From Felis catus (lineage: Eukaryota): a DNA stretch of 64,000 bases. Below, in pieces: positions 50,440 through 62,678 of this stretch. The notes under the pieces were generated by a model, which did no database searches, was not told the origin of the DNA, and saw nothing but the letters and a program-made list of their open reading frames with translations. A program made the position numbers and the translations under genes. How positions within the stretch are numbered: position 1 is the stretch's first letter; every line of letters starts with the position of its first letter. Location: positions 14,386,001 through 14,450,000 of the forward strand of contig NC_058368.1 of NCBI RefSeq assembly GCF_018350175.1. Direction: 5' to 3'.

Positions 50440-50652
50440 TTTTTTTTAATGTTTCTTCATTTTTTGAGAGACAGAGAGAGACAGAGCATGAGTGGGGTAG
50501 GGGCAGAGAGAGAGGGAGACACAGAATCCGAAGCAGGCTCCAGGCTCTGAGCTGTCAGCACAGAGCCCGATGTGGGACACAAACCTATGAACTGTGGGAT
50601 CATGACCTGAGCCGAAGTAGGATGCTCAACAAATGAGTCACCCAGGCACCCC
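50440..50652 (-). mobile_element. Can-SINE
   Basis: TSD taaaatatcttattctt. Confidence 0.95.
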
Positions 50653-51475
50653 ATAAAATATCTTATTCTTGAAAGTCTTTTATTGATCACTATATTATAC
50701 TAATCTGTAAAAAACATATACACTTATAAATTAAAGTTTTAATTTTTTTAATTCCTAAAACTATGAAATTTTAAGTATTTAAAACTTTTATTCTGGAATA
50801 AATTATTATTAAAAATAACATCAGCTTACAATCATACAAGAATAGAAATATAATGTAAACTTTGGAAAATAGCAAAAAAATTAAAATGCTATTGGAAATT
50901 CATCTCTTAATGAGATGAATGGTTAATATATCCACATATTAATATTGCTAGAACAGTACAAGGATCAATATTACAGCTACTCCTAGCTTTCTTTTTTGTA
51001 GATGTGTTGAAAAACCTTGTTCACATAAATCAGTAGGATATGTTGAAGTTTTACTATAGCAATGTTATAAGTTTTTGTGCCATTTCTAAGTTGTACACTA
51101 AAAATCACTCAGTGATCTATAATCAAAAATTATTTTAAATGATCTCTCCATTATCAACTCAATTAGATCCAACTTCAATCTTTGCATGTAAAAAATTGAG
51201 AAACCGTCTGAGTTGCAAAAGGATTTTTTTAAATCTAGTCATTGTAGGCATACACTTTTCAACATCCCCATTAATGTTTTGAATTATCCCTTATTTGAGA
51301 CTCCTACCCCCTCAACAGATCTTATTACCCCAGGCAATACACCATAAAGAGTCCCCATCCCCACCTTTTTTTTTTTTTTTAATAGAAAGGGCAATGAGAA
51401 AGACACGAGAAAGGGAAGCTGTACTTCCCTCACAGGTTTGGTCTTGGCCAGATGGACTTTAAGAAGTTGAGGATC

Positions 51476-51698
51476 GGGGCGCCTGGGTGGCTCAGTCGGT
51501 TAAGCGTCCGACTTCGGCTCAGGTCACGATCTCACGGTCCGTGAGTTCTAGCCCCACGTCGGGCTCTGGGCTGATGACTCAGAGCCTGGAGCCTGTTTCA
51601 GATTCTGTGTCTCCCTCTCTCTCTGCCCCTCCCCCATTCATGCTCTGTCTCTCTCTGTCTCAAAAATAAATAAACGTTAAAAAAAATTAAAAAAAAAA
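51476..51698 (+). mobile_element. Young SINEC_Fc
   Basis: Near-consensus body, long A tail, perfect TSD aagaagttgaggatc. Confidence 0.97.
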
Positions 51699-54644
51699 AA
51701 GAAGTTGAGGATCTGGACACTTATTCTGTTACATTATGTGTACCTAACTTATCTCTCAGAAAGTTATTGCATTGCCCATTTAGAAGATGCTGTTCCATTG
51801 TGTTTCTGTTTCAGTCCTTCCATGCACATCTAATTGTTTACTGTATCTTATACTTCTCCATGCCTTCAGTGAGGAAATAGCGTCACCAAGAAGACATTGT
51901 GGTGGGAACAGGGAGGAGAGAGTGGCAAACGTCCAGCTGTCTTTGCCACTCCCTGCATCCTCACCCCAGTGTACCACAACAGCAATTATCAGTCAGAGAT
52001 GCACTTGCACAGGGTCATTTTAAAACCCAAGCTTCCTCTGTCTTGTGGTTTGGCTTTCCTTCTAGGCCTTAGAATTCTCTCCATTCATCTGGAAATGGAA
52101 AAGAACACGCACCATCATGTATAAATATAAACCTGAAACTACTTTTGAACTATTCCATCTTGAATACACTGGTTATATCCCACATCATTGAACGCTTATG
52201 TGGAATTATTAAAGTAATGAGGACTTGCAACTTTACGTTGTGTTAGACCCCTTTAATTAAACTGTTCAGGCTACAAGGACAAGTCGGTTAGATATGACAA
52301 CCTCACGAACACTGAAAAGGGCATGTCCACCCAGCCTTCTGCAACATTTTCATCAATTCTTAACAGACACTGTAACCTGCAGCAAAATTCAGATTTTTCA
52401 CATTCAAAGAAAAAAGTGTTTGTAATACTTGTTCTAACATAGGTGTTAGGTGATGTTGAGATCAGCAAAGGTATCACTAAACAAGTACTTTTTAGGTTGC
52501 ACAATATTCGCTGCCTTAAAAAGGAAAAAAGATGATAAAACTGATTTGACAGCCCTAGACATGTTTCTGACAACATATACGTGTCTGATTCACATGAGTG
52601 CACACGAACCCTAGTTTTCTTCAACAGGATCATCAAATAATCTGTGTTAAGCACACATCTGGGCGAGGTGGTTTACAAGGGGTCTCTATTACATTTGTGT
52701 TATATTGCTTCCTGAGTGTTCCAGTTCATAAGTGAGGGAGGCACACCTCAGGGAATGAGGCCAGTGTGGAGTCTTTCTCCCTTCACTTCCTTTGGGTACT
52801 AAGCAGTTGGCTCAAACTAGTTCAGTGGTCACTGAAAATCACGAAGTTCCCTAAGATTTGGGATCTGAGATGCTTTAATATTCTTGTTTATGACCTACAT
52901 GATATCATAAAAATTATGTGTATTCAATTTTCAGAAAACAAAACTGAACTGGGGTGCTTGATTAGATTTCCTGGTATATTAAATAATTTGGAGAAGCAAG
53001 CAGGGACAAACCAGATAATGTAGGAAGGTTGACTTAAGAAAGGAAAAAAAGCCACAAACCTCAAACATAGATAAAAGTACATAGTGGTATAGAAAAATAC
53101 CTTGGATTGTAATGAAAAATGAGCGTAAAGAGTTACTATGGAATGTCCTGAAACTCATAGAACATTATGTAACTAGTAAAGGTATAAATAAAATATAGTC
53201 AGTCTTATAGTATCAAGTCGTATGTCAAATCTGGGCTTGAGGCCCAGGTTTTTAATAGAAAAATGACATGAACTCAATATTTAATCAACTATAAATGATA
53301 ATATTTTACATTTCTGAAATACATACAGATTCGTCACACTCCTCATCACTTGCCCAAAGTTATATCCTAACTGGTCTCACAACCTTCCACCACAGCCTCC
53401 ACGTACTGCCAGGCAAGTGTCGGAAAATCTCACTAGGGTCCCCTCTGCCAATTTTGGGGGCTTTCTCGTTGCCCATGAGCAGAGGAGAGTAAGGAAGGTT
53501 GTGCTACAGTCTAAGGACGCCTGTGGCAACCACAAAACTTATCTGAGTGCTAGTGTTACAGCAACGGATCACCAAGTTTTACATTTTGTTTTCCATCCTG
53601 TCTGTATTAACTTCATTACAAAACATTTTCAGTTGCTTACCAGAAATAAAACTGATGCTCAAGAAGGGTGCCAGGTGATATTCTGTGGCACACCTCAGTA
53701 CGCATTTTGTTGAAGTGGGAGGTGTTAGGTTTAAAAGTCAAAATACTGTAGCCTGAAGACCTTGCCTAGCCCCTCTAGAGTGAAGGACTCCTTTCTGTGA
53801 GGGGCATGGCCTTTGAGGATGAGGTGTAGCTGAGTCCAGAGGTTCCCCAGGGTGAAAATTAGACTGCCACAGAAGAGAAGCCAGAAAAAAAAACTATCTG
53901 GTTTTTTTCTCATCTTGACTCAAACTAAAGTCAGGAGAGATGTCTGAATAGTTAAAATAGTAACCATGAGAAGTCTGAAGGCCAAACTAGAAAGCTTTAT
54001 CCAGTTCAGCCAAGGAGTCGGAAATGCACACACTTTGTAAGATTTCTCTGTAGCTTTCCCCGTGTGTGTTATCTCTGTCCATTTCTCTTAGTGATTTATT
54101 GAGTGGACGAATGTGTGTGCACCAGACACTGTTTGAGGCACTGTGTACTGAGCAGTAAATAAGACAGGGTCCTGTTCTCATGGAATTTTCATGTTACAGG
54201 GGGAGGACAAAGGAAGAAACAAAGAAGAAAATAAGTAAGTGCCATGCACAGAATTAAAATAAAGTGCTCTAATAGAAGAGACAGTGGAGGTTAGTATGTT
54301 AGTATGATTCAACATTGGATGCCAGGAAAGGCACCACACAAGAGGGGATATAGAAATTTTTTAAATAAAATATTTTAAGAGACTTTCATTCCATATACAG
54401 TCTTCAAGGAAATGAGAAGGGAAAGCAGGAACTGGTTTGCTATTTAAAAATGAAGGAGAAGGAGAAGGAGACTCCTCTAGGCTCTATTGGATTTTGTTGG
54501 CAGGGAATTATGACCAGTTCAGAGCATTATCTTTCATCAGCCCATCTTTAAGGATTTCAAAAGCTTAAATATAACATAGGTTACTGTAAAGTAATTAGGA
54601 AGGTTTTTTTAATAAAGTTGTAAATAGTTATATTTACATAAATA

Positions 54645-54774
54645 TATATATAATTTATAATATATGTGTGTATATATGTACATATATACATATGTACATA
54701 TATACACACATATATATACATATATACATACACACACACACACACATGCACACACACACACATACATACACACA
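54645..54774. repeat. Compound (TA)n/(CA)n microsatellite
   Basis: Direct inspection. Confidence 0.93.
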
Positions 54775-55061
54775 GCCCCTTTGGTAAGGGCCATACAGTT
54801 ATCCAGATGATATTGTCCTTGCTCAGAATAGCTTTGGACCTTTGGATCTGTCTTTTGGAATTTGCTTCTTGAGCTGTTTAGTAGCTACTAGCAAAATAAC
54901 TTTTAGTTTTAGTCTCTCTCCTTTTACTGCTCACCTCCAGGCTTTACTGAGTTCCTCTGATTGTCTCTGTCCTTTTTTCTTTCTCCTGAGGGTCCCTGAG
55001 GACTGTTACAGTCCCAGCCTGGAGCAAAGACAGTAGTGGTGGTGGGAGAACTGATTGAGTT

Positions 55062-55750
55062 TGTCTATCAGTCTGGATCCAGCAGGAGAGAAAAACCACA
55101 TAGCAACTTAAACAGGGAAAGTGTAATATGAATAATTATAATCTAAACTATCACAGGAGATCAGAGTAACAGGGAATGATTAGTAAGAAATAAAAAGAGC
55201 TCTAAAGAATGTAACGATAGCATTGGAAATGAGCGGCCCCTACTCTTAGAGGCCCCCCTGGGCTCACTGGGGAGGGCATGGCTGTAGCTCCTTGGGGGGT
55301 GGAGAAGTCATTCTGGTGCTCTGGCGGGGGTATGTGCTGGAGCTCTGTCCTCTAGAACTTTTCAGAAATCCACCCTCTAGGGAGCTGGTGAAACCGTTCA
55401 GGGGAGAGGTTCCCGCCAGAGGCAAGTCTGCTGCAAAACTGCCTGGGGCAGGGGGAGGTACTGAAAAACAAACTGCCTGTCACTGGGTCCTGGTGGCCAT
55501 CACACCTTGCAGAAGCCTGGCAGTGGAGAAACCCCAGTTCTTCGGGAAGCTGCTGAGTGAGCGAGCGCACCAGCCCCGGCAAGGAAAACCCCTTCCTCCC
55601 GCCTGCGGGTTCTCTTCAGGGTGCTTTCCTGACAAAGCTTCACGTCGTGGCAGCTAACAGAGCAAAAATAAAGGGCACAGGTTCATTTTCGCAGAACAAG
55701 CAACTAAGGCTGAATTTGGAGCTGGAGGACCATCAAGTGACGGCCGGCAA
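55062..55750. mobile_element. Ancient ERVL/MaLR-like LTR (family uncertain)
   Basis: tatcagtctggatccagcaggagagaaaaaccaca...acagggaaagtgtaata start, followed by a GC-richer body. Confidence 0.5.
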
Positions 55751-57267
55751 AGCTGGGGAGACAGTCTCACAGGGAGCACTCCAGAAGTTCGACTAACTCC
55801 TGTGTGTTTGTGAATGGCCTGCCTGCTATAAGCGAAATAATGGAAAGGAACACTTGGCCAAATATTCATTGCATCATGCCCAAAGAGAGAAATAAGTAAA
55901 AATAAGAGTGTGTATGTGTGTGAGTGTGTCTGTCTCCATCCTCACGGCATAACGGTTTTCATATAGGGGCGCAACACAGCCTTCCTGACAAGGTCTCTCC
56001 TTTTTTATGAGATTATACGCATTGTACTGCTTTGGGTTTTCAAACAGCCTTAATAGTTTCAGTTTTTAGTGAACTGACGGTCATGTGGAAGATAGTTTTT
56101 GTTGTTTTGGCTGTTTTACTTGTCCTGAAATTTTTCCTATCCGACAAAAAAGTTATCAATCTTGTATCAGTACTCTTCCCATTAAAAAAAAAATTATACT
56201 GGTCTATGAAATTTGAATCTGGGAAACATTGCACCCAGCTGAGAATGTATTAGTATGAATTGTGGCAAGTCACTATAACCCTTTTATGAAATGTATAGTT
56301 TTACGTTTAGAAACCCAAACACAGATGTCACTGTATGCTCAACAGTAAGGACATAGAAACTTATAAACAGAACTTAGATAATAGCTCAGGCCACGTACTT
56401 AAGGTTCATTGTCGCTGCTTAAACTAACCAGTAATAGTATTATTATCACTGTTTTTCAGATGATGAAAATCAGATGGAGTTAAATAATTTTTCCAAGGTC
56501 CTCTAACTGCTATATAACAGAGCCAAGATTTGAATAGGAGTCTGACGGGCTCCAAAATGTTTCAGGATTTAAATAGATGTCTGACTGCTTCCAAGAACTT
56601 TCTAGCATCTAGGGAAAGACAAAACTGAATTAAGGAGTTAGAAAAAAATGGAATTTTCACAAACTAAAAGACCAAAGTATCATATATTATGTATCTTTTC
56701 CCAGAGAAAGGAAATGTAAAAAGGGAATTCATAACTTGTTTTTAAAGCTTAAGGAGTATCATGCGTGTAGAATTCAACTAGTTTTGATTTCACCAGAGCA
56801 AATTTAAATGTGGTAGGTTGTACAGAGTGTACTAGTGCAAAGAGAAATGTATTTTGTATTGTTAACTTGCAATGGTGTATCAGGAGGGAATGCATTTGTT
56901 TCAGATTTGCCTATAATGGCTTTATCAAATATGGACTGATCTGTGTCATGTAACAAGAAGTGCAGGTGTGGTGGTTGCTGACACTGTTTCACTAACTCAA
57001 TATTAGGGCCAACCTTGCTTCAATTTCCTTGGCCTTGCTCTCCTGGTTATACAATTGCTGCTACAGTTCCTGCCATTACATCTCTATTCAAGAAAGAAGA
57101 AAAAAAGTGTGCCAGCTACATATCACTCATTCTGTCATCTTTTCTGAAACATCCCCAACTGACTTTGGTTTTGTTCTCGTTAGCCAGCTCGGGGTCAAAT
57201 GTCCTCACCCCTAGTTTCAGTGGAATTTGCGAAAGCAAGGAATAACTTTGCCATGATTGGCTTATAC

Positions 57268-57479
57268 CATGGGTCAGCCAGATTGGCCCCAGGACCAAAT
57301 TCAGGCCACCTCTGTTGTTATTAATTGGAACACAGCCACACGCATTCATTTATACATTGTCTATGACTGGTTTCACTCTATGATGGCAAAGCTGAGTAGT
57401 TGTGATAGGGGCCATATGGCCTTTAAAGTCTAAAAATATTTGCTGTTTGTCCTTGTACCAAAAATGCTTGCTACCCCTA
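57268..57479. mobile_element. MER58A-like hAT-Charlie MITE, nested in an old MaLR-like LTR (~56880-57600)
   Basis: attggaacacagccacacgcattcatttatacattgtctatg...gagtagttgtga...catatggcc...taaaaatatt...tgctacccct matches the recalled MER58A consensus. Confidence 0.8.
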
Positions 57480-57920
57480 CCTTAACCAGTCATGACCCAT
57501 TGCCTGGTGTTGGCCACATAGACACTGCTGCTAACTGGGCTTCCACTAAGCAAGGAAGAAGGAAGAAAAGGAATATTGGAAAAGAACCAACAGAATATGT
57601 CAAGTTACCTTGCCCAACTAATTATATACAAGACCAAAAACTATAATGTGTGTCTGTTTTAAGTCACAGGGTCACTTTGAATATATAATTTTTCTGGTGT
57701 TCATTTCTTCATGAGCCAACCAAGAAAATGCAGACAGGTAGAAATTTTGCAAATGCTGTATACAGAATCGGATGATTGGCAGTGTTGTGATATATCATGA
57801 ATCCAGGAAGATAATCCCTAATTTACTGACTTTTATACAGCACTGTCTAAGATATTGTCAGACTGAGTCTTAGACACACATTTCACTGATTGACACTTCC
57901 CTTTCAACTATTTATTTTAG

Positions 57921-58038
57921 GTTCTTGCATACACTGAAGGACTTCACGGAAAATGGATGTTCAGCGAGATACGAGCTGTCTTTTCAAGACGTTATCTTCT
58001 ACAAAACACTGCTTTGGAAGTATTTATGGCAAACCGAA
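57921..58038 (+). CDS. NBEA: Neurobeachin internal coding exon (118 nt, PH domain): [39 protein letters not shown]+A
   Basis: Acceptor tttattttag| and donor |gtaagg. Manual translation matches the recalled NBEA PH-domain sequence. Starts in phase 0 and ends in phase 1, joining the next exon in frame. Confidence 0.96.
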
Positions 58039-58351
58039 GTAAGGCCCCTTAAATATTATGAAATGTGCTCATATTTGGATGTTATTTATTTACATAGAAT
58101 GAAACGGTTTTCATTTTTCCCTGCTGTATTTCTCTCCTTGATACGCCCTCACTAAAATAAGAAGAAAAATTAGCTTGTTTGAAAATGTTAATCCTAGATT
58201 TTTCCTGGATAATGCTGTACAGAAAGCTGATTTTCCGTGAAGATACATTACCTTGACAAATACATCATGAGAGGCACTTGAAAATGATTTCTAAAATTGA
58301 TGGTTAGTTCTCCTGTGGTTTTCTAACTCGTGTTTCTTCTTTTTCCCACAG
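58039..58351 (+). other. NBEA: Short 313-nt GT-AG intron of NBEA
   Basis: gtaagg...cccacag between two exons that join in frame. Confidence 0.95.
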
Positions 58352-58454
58352 CCTCGGTTATGTTCAATTTCCCCGATCAAGCAACAGTAAAAAAAGTTGT
58401 CTATAGCTTACCTCGGGTTGGCGTAGGGACCAGCTATGGTTTGCCACAAGCCAG
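58352..58454 (+). CDS. NBEA: Neurobeachin internal coding exon (103 nt): (T)[33 protein letters not shown](R)
   Basis: Branch-like ctaac, pyrimidine tract tttcttctttttcccacag| and donor |gtaatt. A+CC forms Thr across the junction. The residues DQAT, VYSL and TSYGLPQA match NBEA rather than its paralog LRBA as I recall them. Confidence 0.96.
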
Positions 58455-59004
58455 GTAATTATATCATATCACGCATTATGTATGGTTCGTTAACATATTT
58501 TAATCCTAGTATGACAGAAATATAAATAAGGTTATACCATTATAATTATTTTGAGAACCAAGGCATTTTCTTTCTCTGCAAGTCATTTGTAGGCAAAGAG
58601 GCTGTGAAACATCTATTTTAAGAATGACAGAATAGTTAATGTATAAGTTTTATTTAACACCTATATAAATGAGGAAGTAAAAAAGTTGATTGTATATCAT
58701 CGCTCGCACATCATTAGGACATTTTTGCTGAAGATCTTACAAAAAACATACCAGAGCCTCATGATATTTGTGATTAATTGTTGCATGATCGCATATAAAC
58801 TGTTTGTAAAAATGCTGCACATAGATGCTTCTTCATGAAAGTAATAAAACTCTTAGAATTTGTTGAGGTTAATAGTTATGAATGATGGTGTGGTTTTAAC
58901 CATTTCCTAAATGTTTCATCTTGGTATTTTAAAATATAATTTTGAAATCTTATTTTATCAAAAGATACTAGTCTAAGAGAAAACATAGTAATTATGTGTA
59001 TCAC

Positions 59005-59600
59005 TAATATCAGTCAGTTTTTAGCTCCATGTAACTGAATACCTATCTAAAAGTGGCTTAAACACTAGAGTGTTTTGCTGTTTGAGCCTTACTTTATCAA
59101 AAGTCTGGAGCTAAGGAGTTTCCAGTACTGTCTCCGACGTTCAGTGATGTCAAGACCCTCAATCGGCCTCCTGGTCACAAAATACCCACTAGTGTTCCAG
59201 ATAGCACAGCTTCACACAGTTGCATTAAAATGGGGAAAAGACACAAAGGGTTTCTCCTCGAGCCTCTAGGTTTTAGGAAAGAATATATTTGTCAGAAGCC
59301 TCCTGCAATTTTTATCTTAGGTCCCTTTGGCCTGAATGGGCTCACCTTCCTGTCCTTTGAACAATCACTGCCAAAGCGAAGTGAGTTAACTGGCTTAGAC
59401 CAATCACCCTCTGGGTAAAACCCAGGGTAAACTGTACCTCTGAAGTCCTCGCCACCTCCTGCTTGAACAAAACAGGTCCCTGTTGGCCAGAAAGAAAGAT
59501 ACTGACTTGGGACAGACAAACAACAATGTCTTCCACACCAGTCACTCTGTCCATGAGAATTATTGCAGAGCCCAGCGTGGATGGACAGGAAAACTAATCT
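59005..59600. mobile_element. Old MaLR (MLT1J/K-like) LTR
   Basis: tatcagtcag...gtaactgaatacc...agtggcttaaac start; ctggcttagaccaatca. Confidence 0.6.
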
Positions 59601-61096
59601 TTGTGTATCTTCCCTTAAATAGGCTACAGACATTTAAAAGACAGGGACTGTGTCTTCTGTATCTTTTAATCTATAGCACCTAGCACAGAGCCTAATTGCT
59701 GAGATGCTTTTTAGGTGCTACTCAACTAGAATTATCTTGATTTACAAATCATCCGTTCTCGTATTAAGCTCACAGTGTAAGACCAATTCACTGACATGTA
59801 TGTACAAGCTCAGGATATTTGCTAGGAGAATGACAAGATTAAATTAAGACATTAGTGGATGATGAAGAAATACTTATGTAGAATACAGGTCAGAGGAAAA
59901 ATGCATTTAATCTATCGAAAAAAAGAAAATGAGGTTAGTTTTGCAAGACTTGTTCTTACTGAATCGAAGCTGACTCATGTAATCACTGCTTCCTTTCCCA
60001 AGTGCTTACAAACTGTTCGTTTAATCGTCAATTCAAGGATTTTTCCAGGAATTGACATTAAGAATTGACAAATAGGTCTTTTTCCTTTTTGAAAATGATC
60101 TTCTGCCTCCTGACATCTTTCTCAATGATCATGATTCTTCAGAGATTACCCATACAGGTTTCTCAATGATGTGTGTAATTTCCTTCAGTACTCTTGGACT
60201 TGCCTCGACCTGGATTCATTTAAAACAAGCGGAAGTTCTTTACTCTCTCCCTTACCTAGTAAGAGTATTATTTCCCCTTTAACCGCAGTTGGTCTCCCTT
60301 TGACTTTTGGAAGATCATCCTTTTTGATGGCAAAACTGGAAACAAAATAGATGCTTAATAGTTTTGGTTTTGCTGTTGCTTCAGACAGCCATTCTACCTT
60401 AAAACCCTTTTTTCTGGTCCTTTGGCTTGCCCCTGCCAATGGCTCAATGCATTCTTAGTTTCCTAATAGTATTCCAGAAGTCCAGTTTTAATGTATTTCC
60501 TGTGAGATATAGCCTTGGGAGCAGCAGATAGGGATGAGAGGAACACTGAATCTGGGCTTGGACCTGCCCCTTCCTGGTGGGGTAACAGTCACAGAGCCTG
60601 ATACGCTGAGTGGGAACTTAGTTGAAAGAATGAATAACACTAGGCGAGAGGAGTGACACTCTCATCTGCTATAAAATGGAGACACTATCTTTGAAAGGGA
60701 TGTTTTATGAAAGTCTTGAGATCATAAAGTGAAGGCATTTTGTAAACTGTAAACACACATACACACTATACACGTATATGGAACATGTTCGCACATAGAT
60801 AAGTAGGGAGGTGGGTAGGAGGGTATGTAAACAGATAGGTGCACATACACCCATAAACACATGTGTGTGATATGTAAGGTCCTGTTATATTTACAGAATT
60901 GTCAAAGAGAAGGGATGATGTGTGGCTCCTACAAGTGGAAGCCTTCCAGATGACAGTATTTTGATAGAACCACGAAGGGCTTTATTCTCTGCTTTGTTTT
61001 CTTGACATTGGGTCTTACCGGTTTAAGCAGAGTTTATCAAACTCTAGGAAACTTACTCTAAACTAAACCTACAAGATTTATAAACAAAATTTTATC

Positions 61097-61248
61097 GGGG
61101 TGCCTCGGTGGCTCAGTCAGTTAAGCGTCCAACTTCGGCTTAGATCATGATCTCACGGTGCATGGGTTCAAGCCCTGAGTCAGGCACTGTGCTGACAGCT
61201 CAGAGCCTGGAGCCTGCTTTAGATTCTGTGTCTCCCTCTCTCTCTCTG

Positions 61249-61281
<33 letters not shown>

Positions 61282-61305
61282 AATAAAAATAATAAAAACA
61301 TTGAA
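61097..61305 (+). mobile_element. Can-SINE
   Basis: Head, CT tract, imperfect TSD aattttatc. Confidence 0.93.
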
Positions 61306-61584
61306 AACAATTTTTATCAAATTCAAAGGCAGGTATACTGCTAGAATAATGGCCTTCATATATCACATAAGCCACTTGTTGGACAAGCCCACCAAAGAGA
61401 TAACATTACAAATCAGATTGTTGCTTTGTCCTTTTAGAATGAAAGGAATATATCCTTTAAGCTAGCATAGCTTAATGAATGCCTCTTTAATTAATTAATA
61501 TCCATTTACTGAGTTTTTGTTTACTGAGAACATCCCATGTGGCAGGGACCATACTTTGTGTTTCAGTTTATAAACATTATATGC

Positions 61585-61637
61585 CTTCTTCTTCTTCTTC
61601 TTCTTCTTCTTCTTCTTCTTCTTCTTCTTCTTCTTCT
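61585..61637. repeat. (CTT)n trinucleotide repeat
   Basis: About 17 units. Confidence 0.97.
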
Positions 61638-61790
61638 AGCTTATAAACAACAAATTCTTGAAATTCTGTGAGGCTAGAAGTCTTAAGATCACGATGCTAG
61701 CAAATTTGGTATCTGACTACAACCCATCTCCTGGTTCATAGATGGCCATCTCGCTATGTCTTCATGTGCCAAAAGGGAGCTCTCTGTCCT
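61638..61790. mobile_element. MLT1A-D-like MaLR LTR fragment
   Basis: gcttataaacaacaaa...ttctgtgaggctagaagtc..aagatca...ctggttcatagatggcc. Confidence 0.65.
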
Positions 61791-61797
61791 TAATTCT

Positions 61798-61998
61798 ATT
61801 TTTTAACGTTTTTTTATTTATTTTGAGAGAAAGAGAAGGTACGAGTAGTAGAGGGGCAGAGAGAGGGAGAGAATCGGAAGCAGGCTCTGTGCCACAGTGC
61901 AGAGCCTGATGCAGGGCTTGATCCCATGAACTGTGGGATCATGACCTGAGCCAAAACTGAAATTCAGAGGCTTAACCAAGTAAGCCTACCAGGCACCC
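61798..61998 (-). mobile_element. Can-SINE
   Basis: Antisense body; flanking repeat ccttaattct. Confidence 0.9.
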
Positions 61999-62461
61999 TC
62001 TTTGCCCTTAATTCTTAAAACAACCACATTCCTAAAACATTGGGATTATCATCCCATTGTACAGCTAGGAAAATTTTGATTTAGATAAGTTACTTATCTT
62101 GCCCAAGTTCATAGCTCACACCCTTCATTTCTATCCTGTGACATCTGTCAAGGTTTCCCACATTGCTCATAAGAACAATACCATCACCCCTGCATAATGA
62201 TTGAAAAATACCAGCAAAAACTTGCCCATATTCTGGTTTCCATACTGATTACCATTGTTTGGTCAATGCATTTTTCTATTCAGATCGCACAATTAACTTT
62301 GGATTTAATTAGATTATTTACTTACCAAAGATACATCTGGTTGTATCCATAAGGTTTGTGATTTTAAATGGTTGCCATGTATTGTGGTACTTAGTAGCTT
62401 TTATCTCAGAGGGCAGTTTGTCTTCATCTTATCCCCTGATTCTAAAAGCATCGTAATGTAT

Positions 62462-62678
62462 GGGGCACCTGGGTGGTTCAGTCGGTTAAGCGTCCGACTT
62501 TGACTCAGGTCATGATCTCACAGTATGTGAATTTGAGCCCCACGTCAGGCTCTGTGCTGGCAGCTCAGAGCCTGGAGCCTGCTTTGGATTCTGTGCGTCC
62601 CTCTCTCTGTCCCTCCCCTACTCATGCTCTGTCTCTCTCTGTCTCAAAAATAAATAAAACATTAAAAAATATATATTT
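62462..62678 (+). mobile_element. Can-SINE
   Basis: TSD taaaagcatcgta. Confidence 0.94.

Larger units (their letters stand above)
1..57920 (+). other. NBEA: Distal part of a very long NBEA intron (the MAB21L1-hosting intron in other mammals)
   Basis: No other NBEA-like exon was found upstream of 57921. The MAB21L1 nesting is prior knowledge; its ORF is not in this window. Confidence 0.8.

Noticed and set aside
1..57920. MAB21L1 coding sequence
   Set aside because: Expected as a long single-exon ORF on the minus strand with a CpG-rich promoter. No such ORF or CpG island is present, so it lies outside the window.
57925..58155. [14 protein letters not shown]... overlapping the first exon
   Set aside because: It is the wrong frame; the frame starting at 57921 gives the NBEA peptide.
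57921..58454. Assignment to LRBA or to a processed pseudogene
   Set aside because: Residues match NBEA as recalled, and the intact GT-AG intron and open frame argue against a retrocopy.
3321..62678. tRNA genes suggested by A/B-box-like heads
   Set aside because: All are tRNA-derived Can-SINE heads followed by CT tracts, A tails and TSDs.
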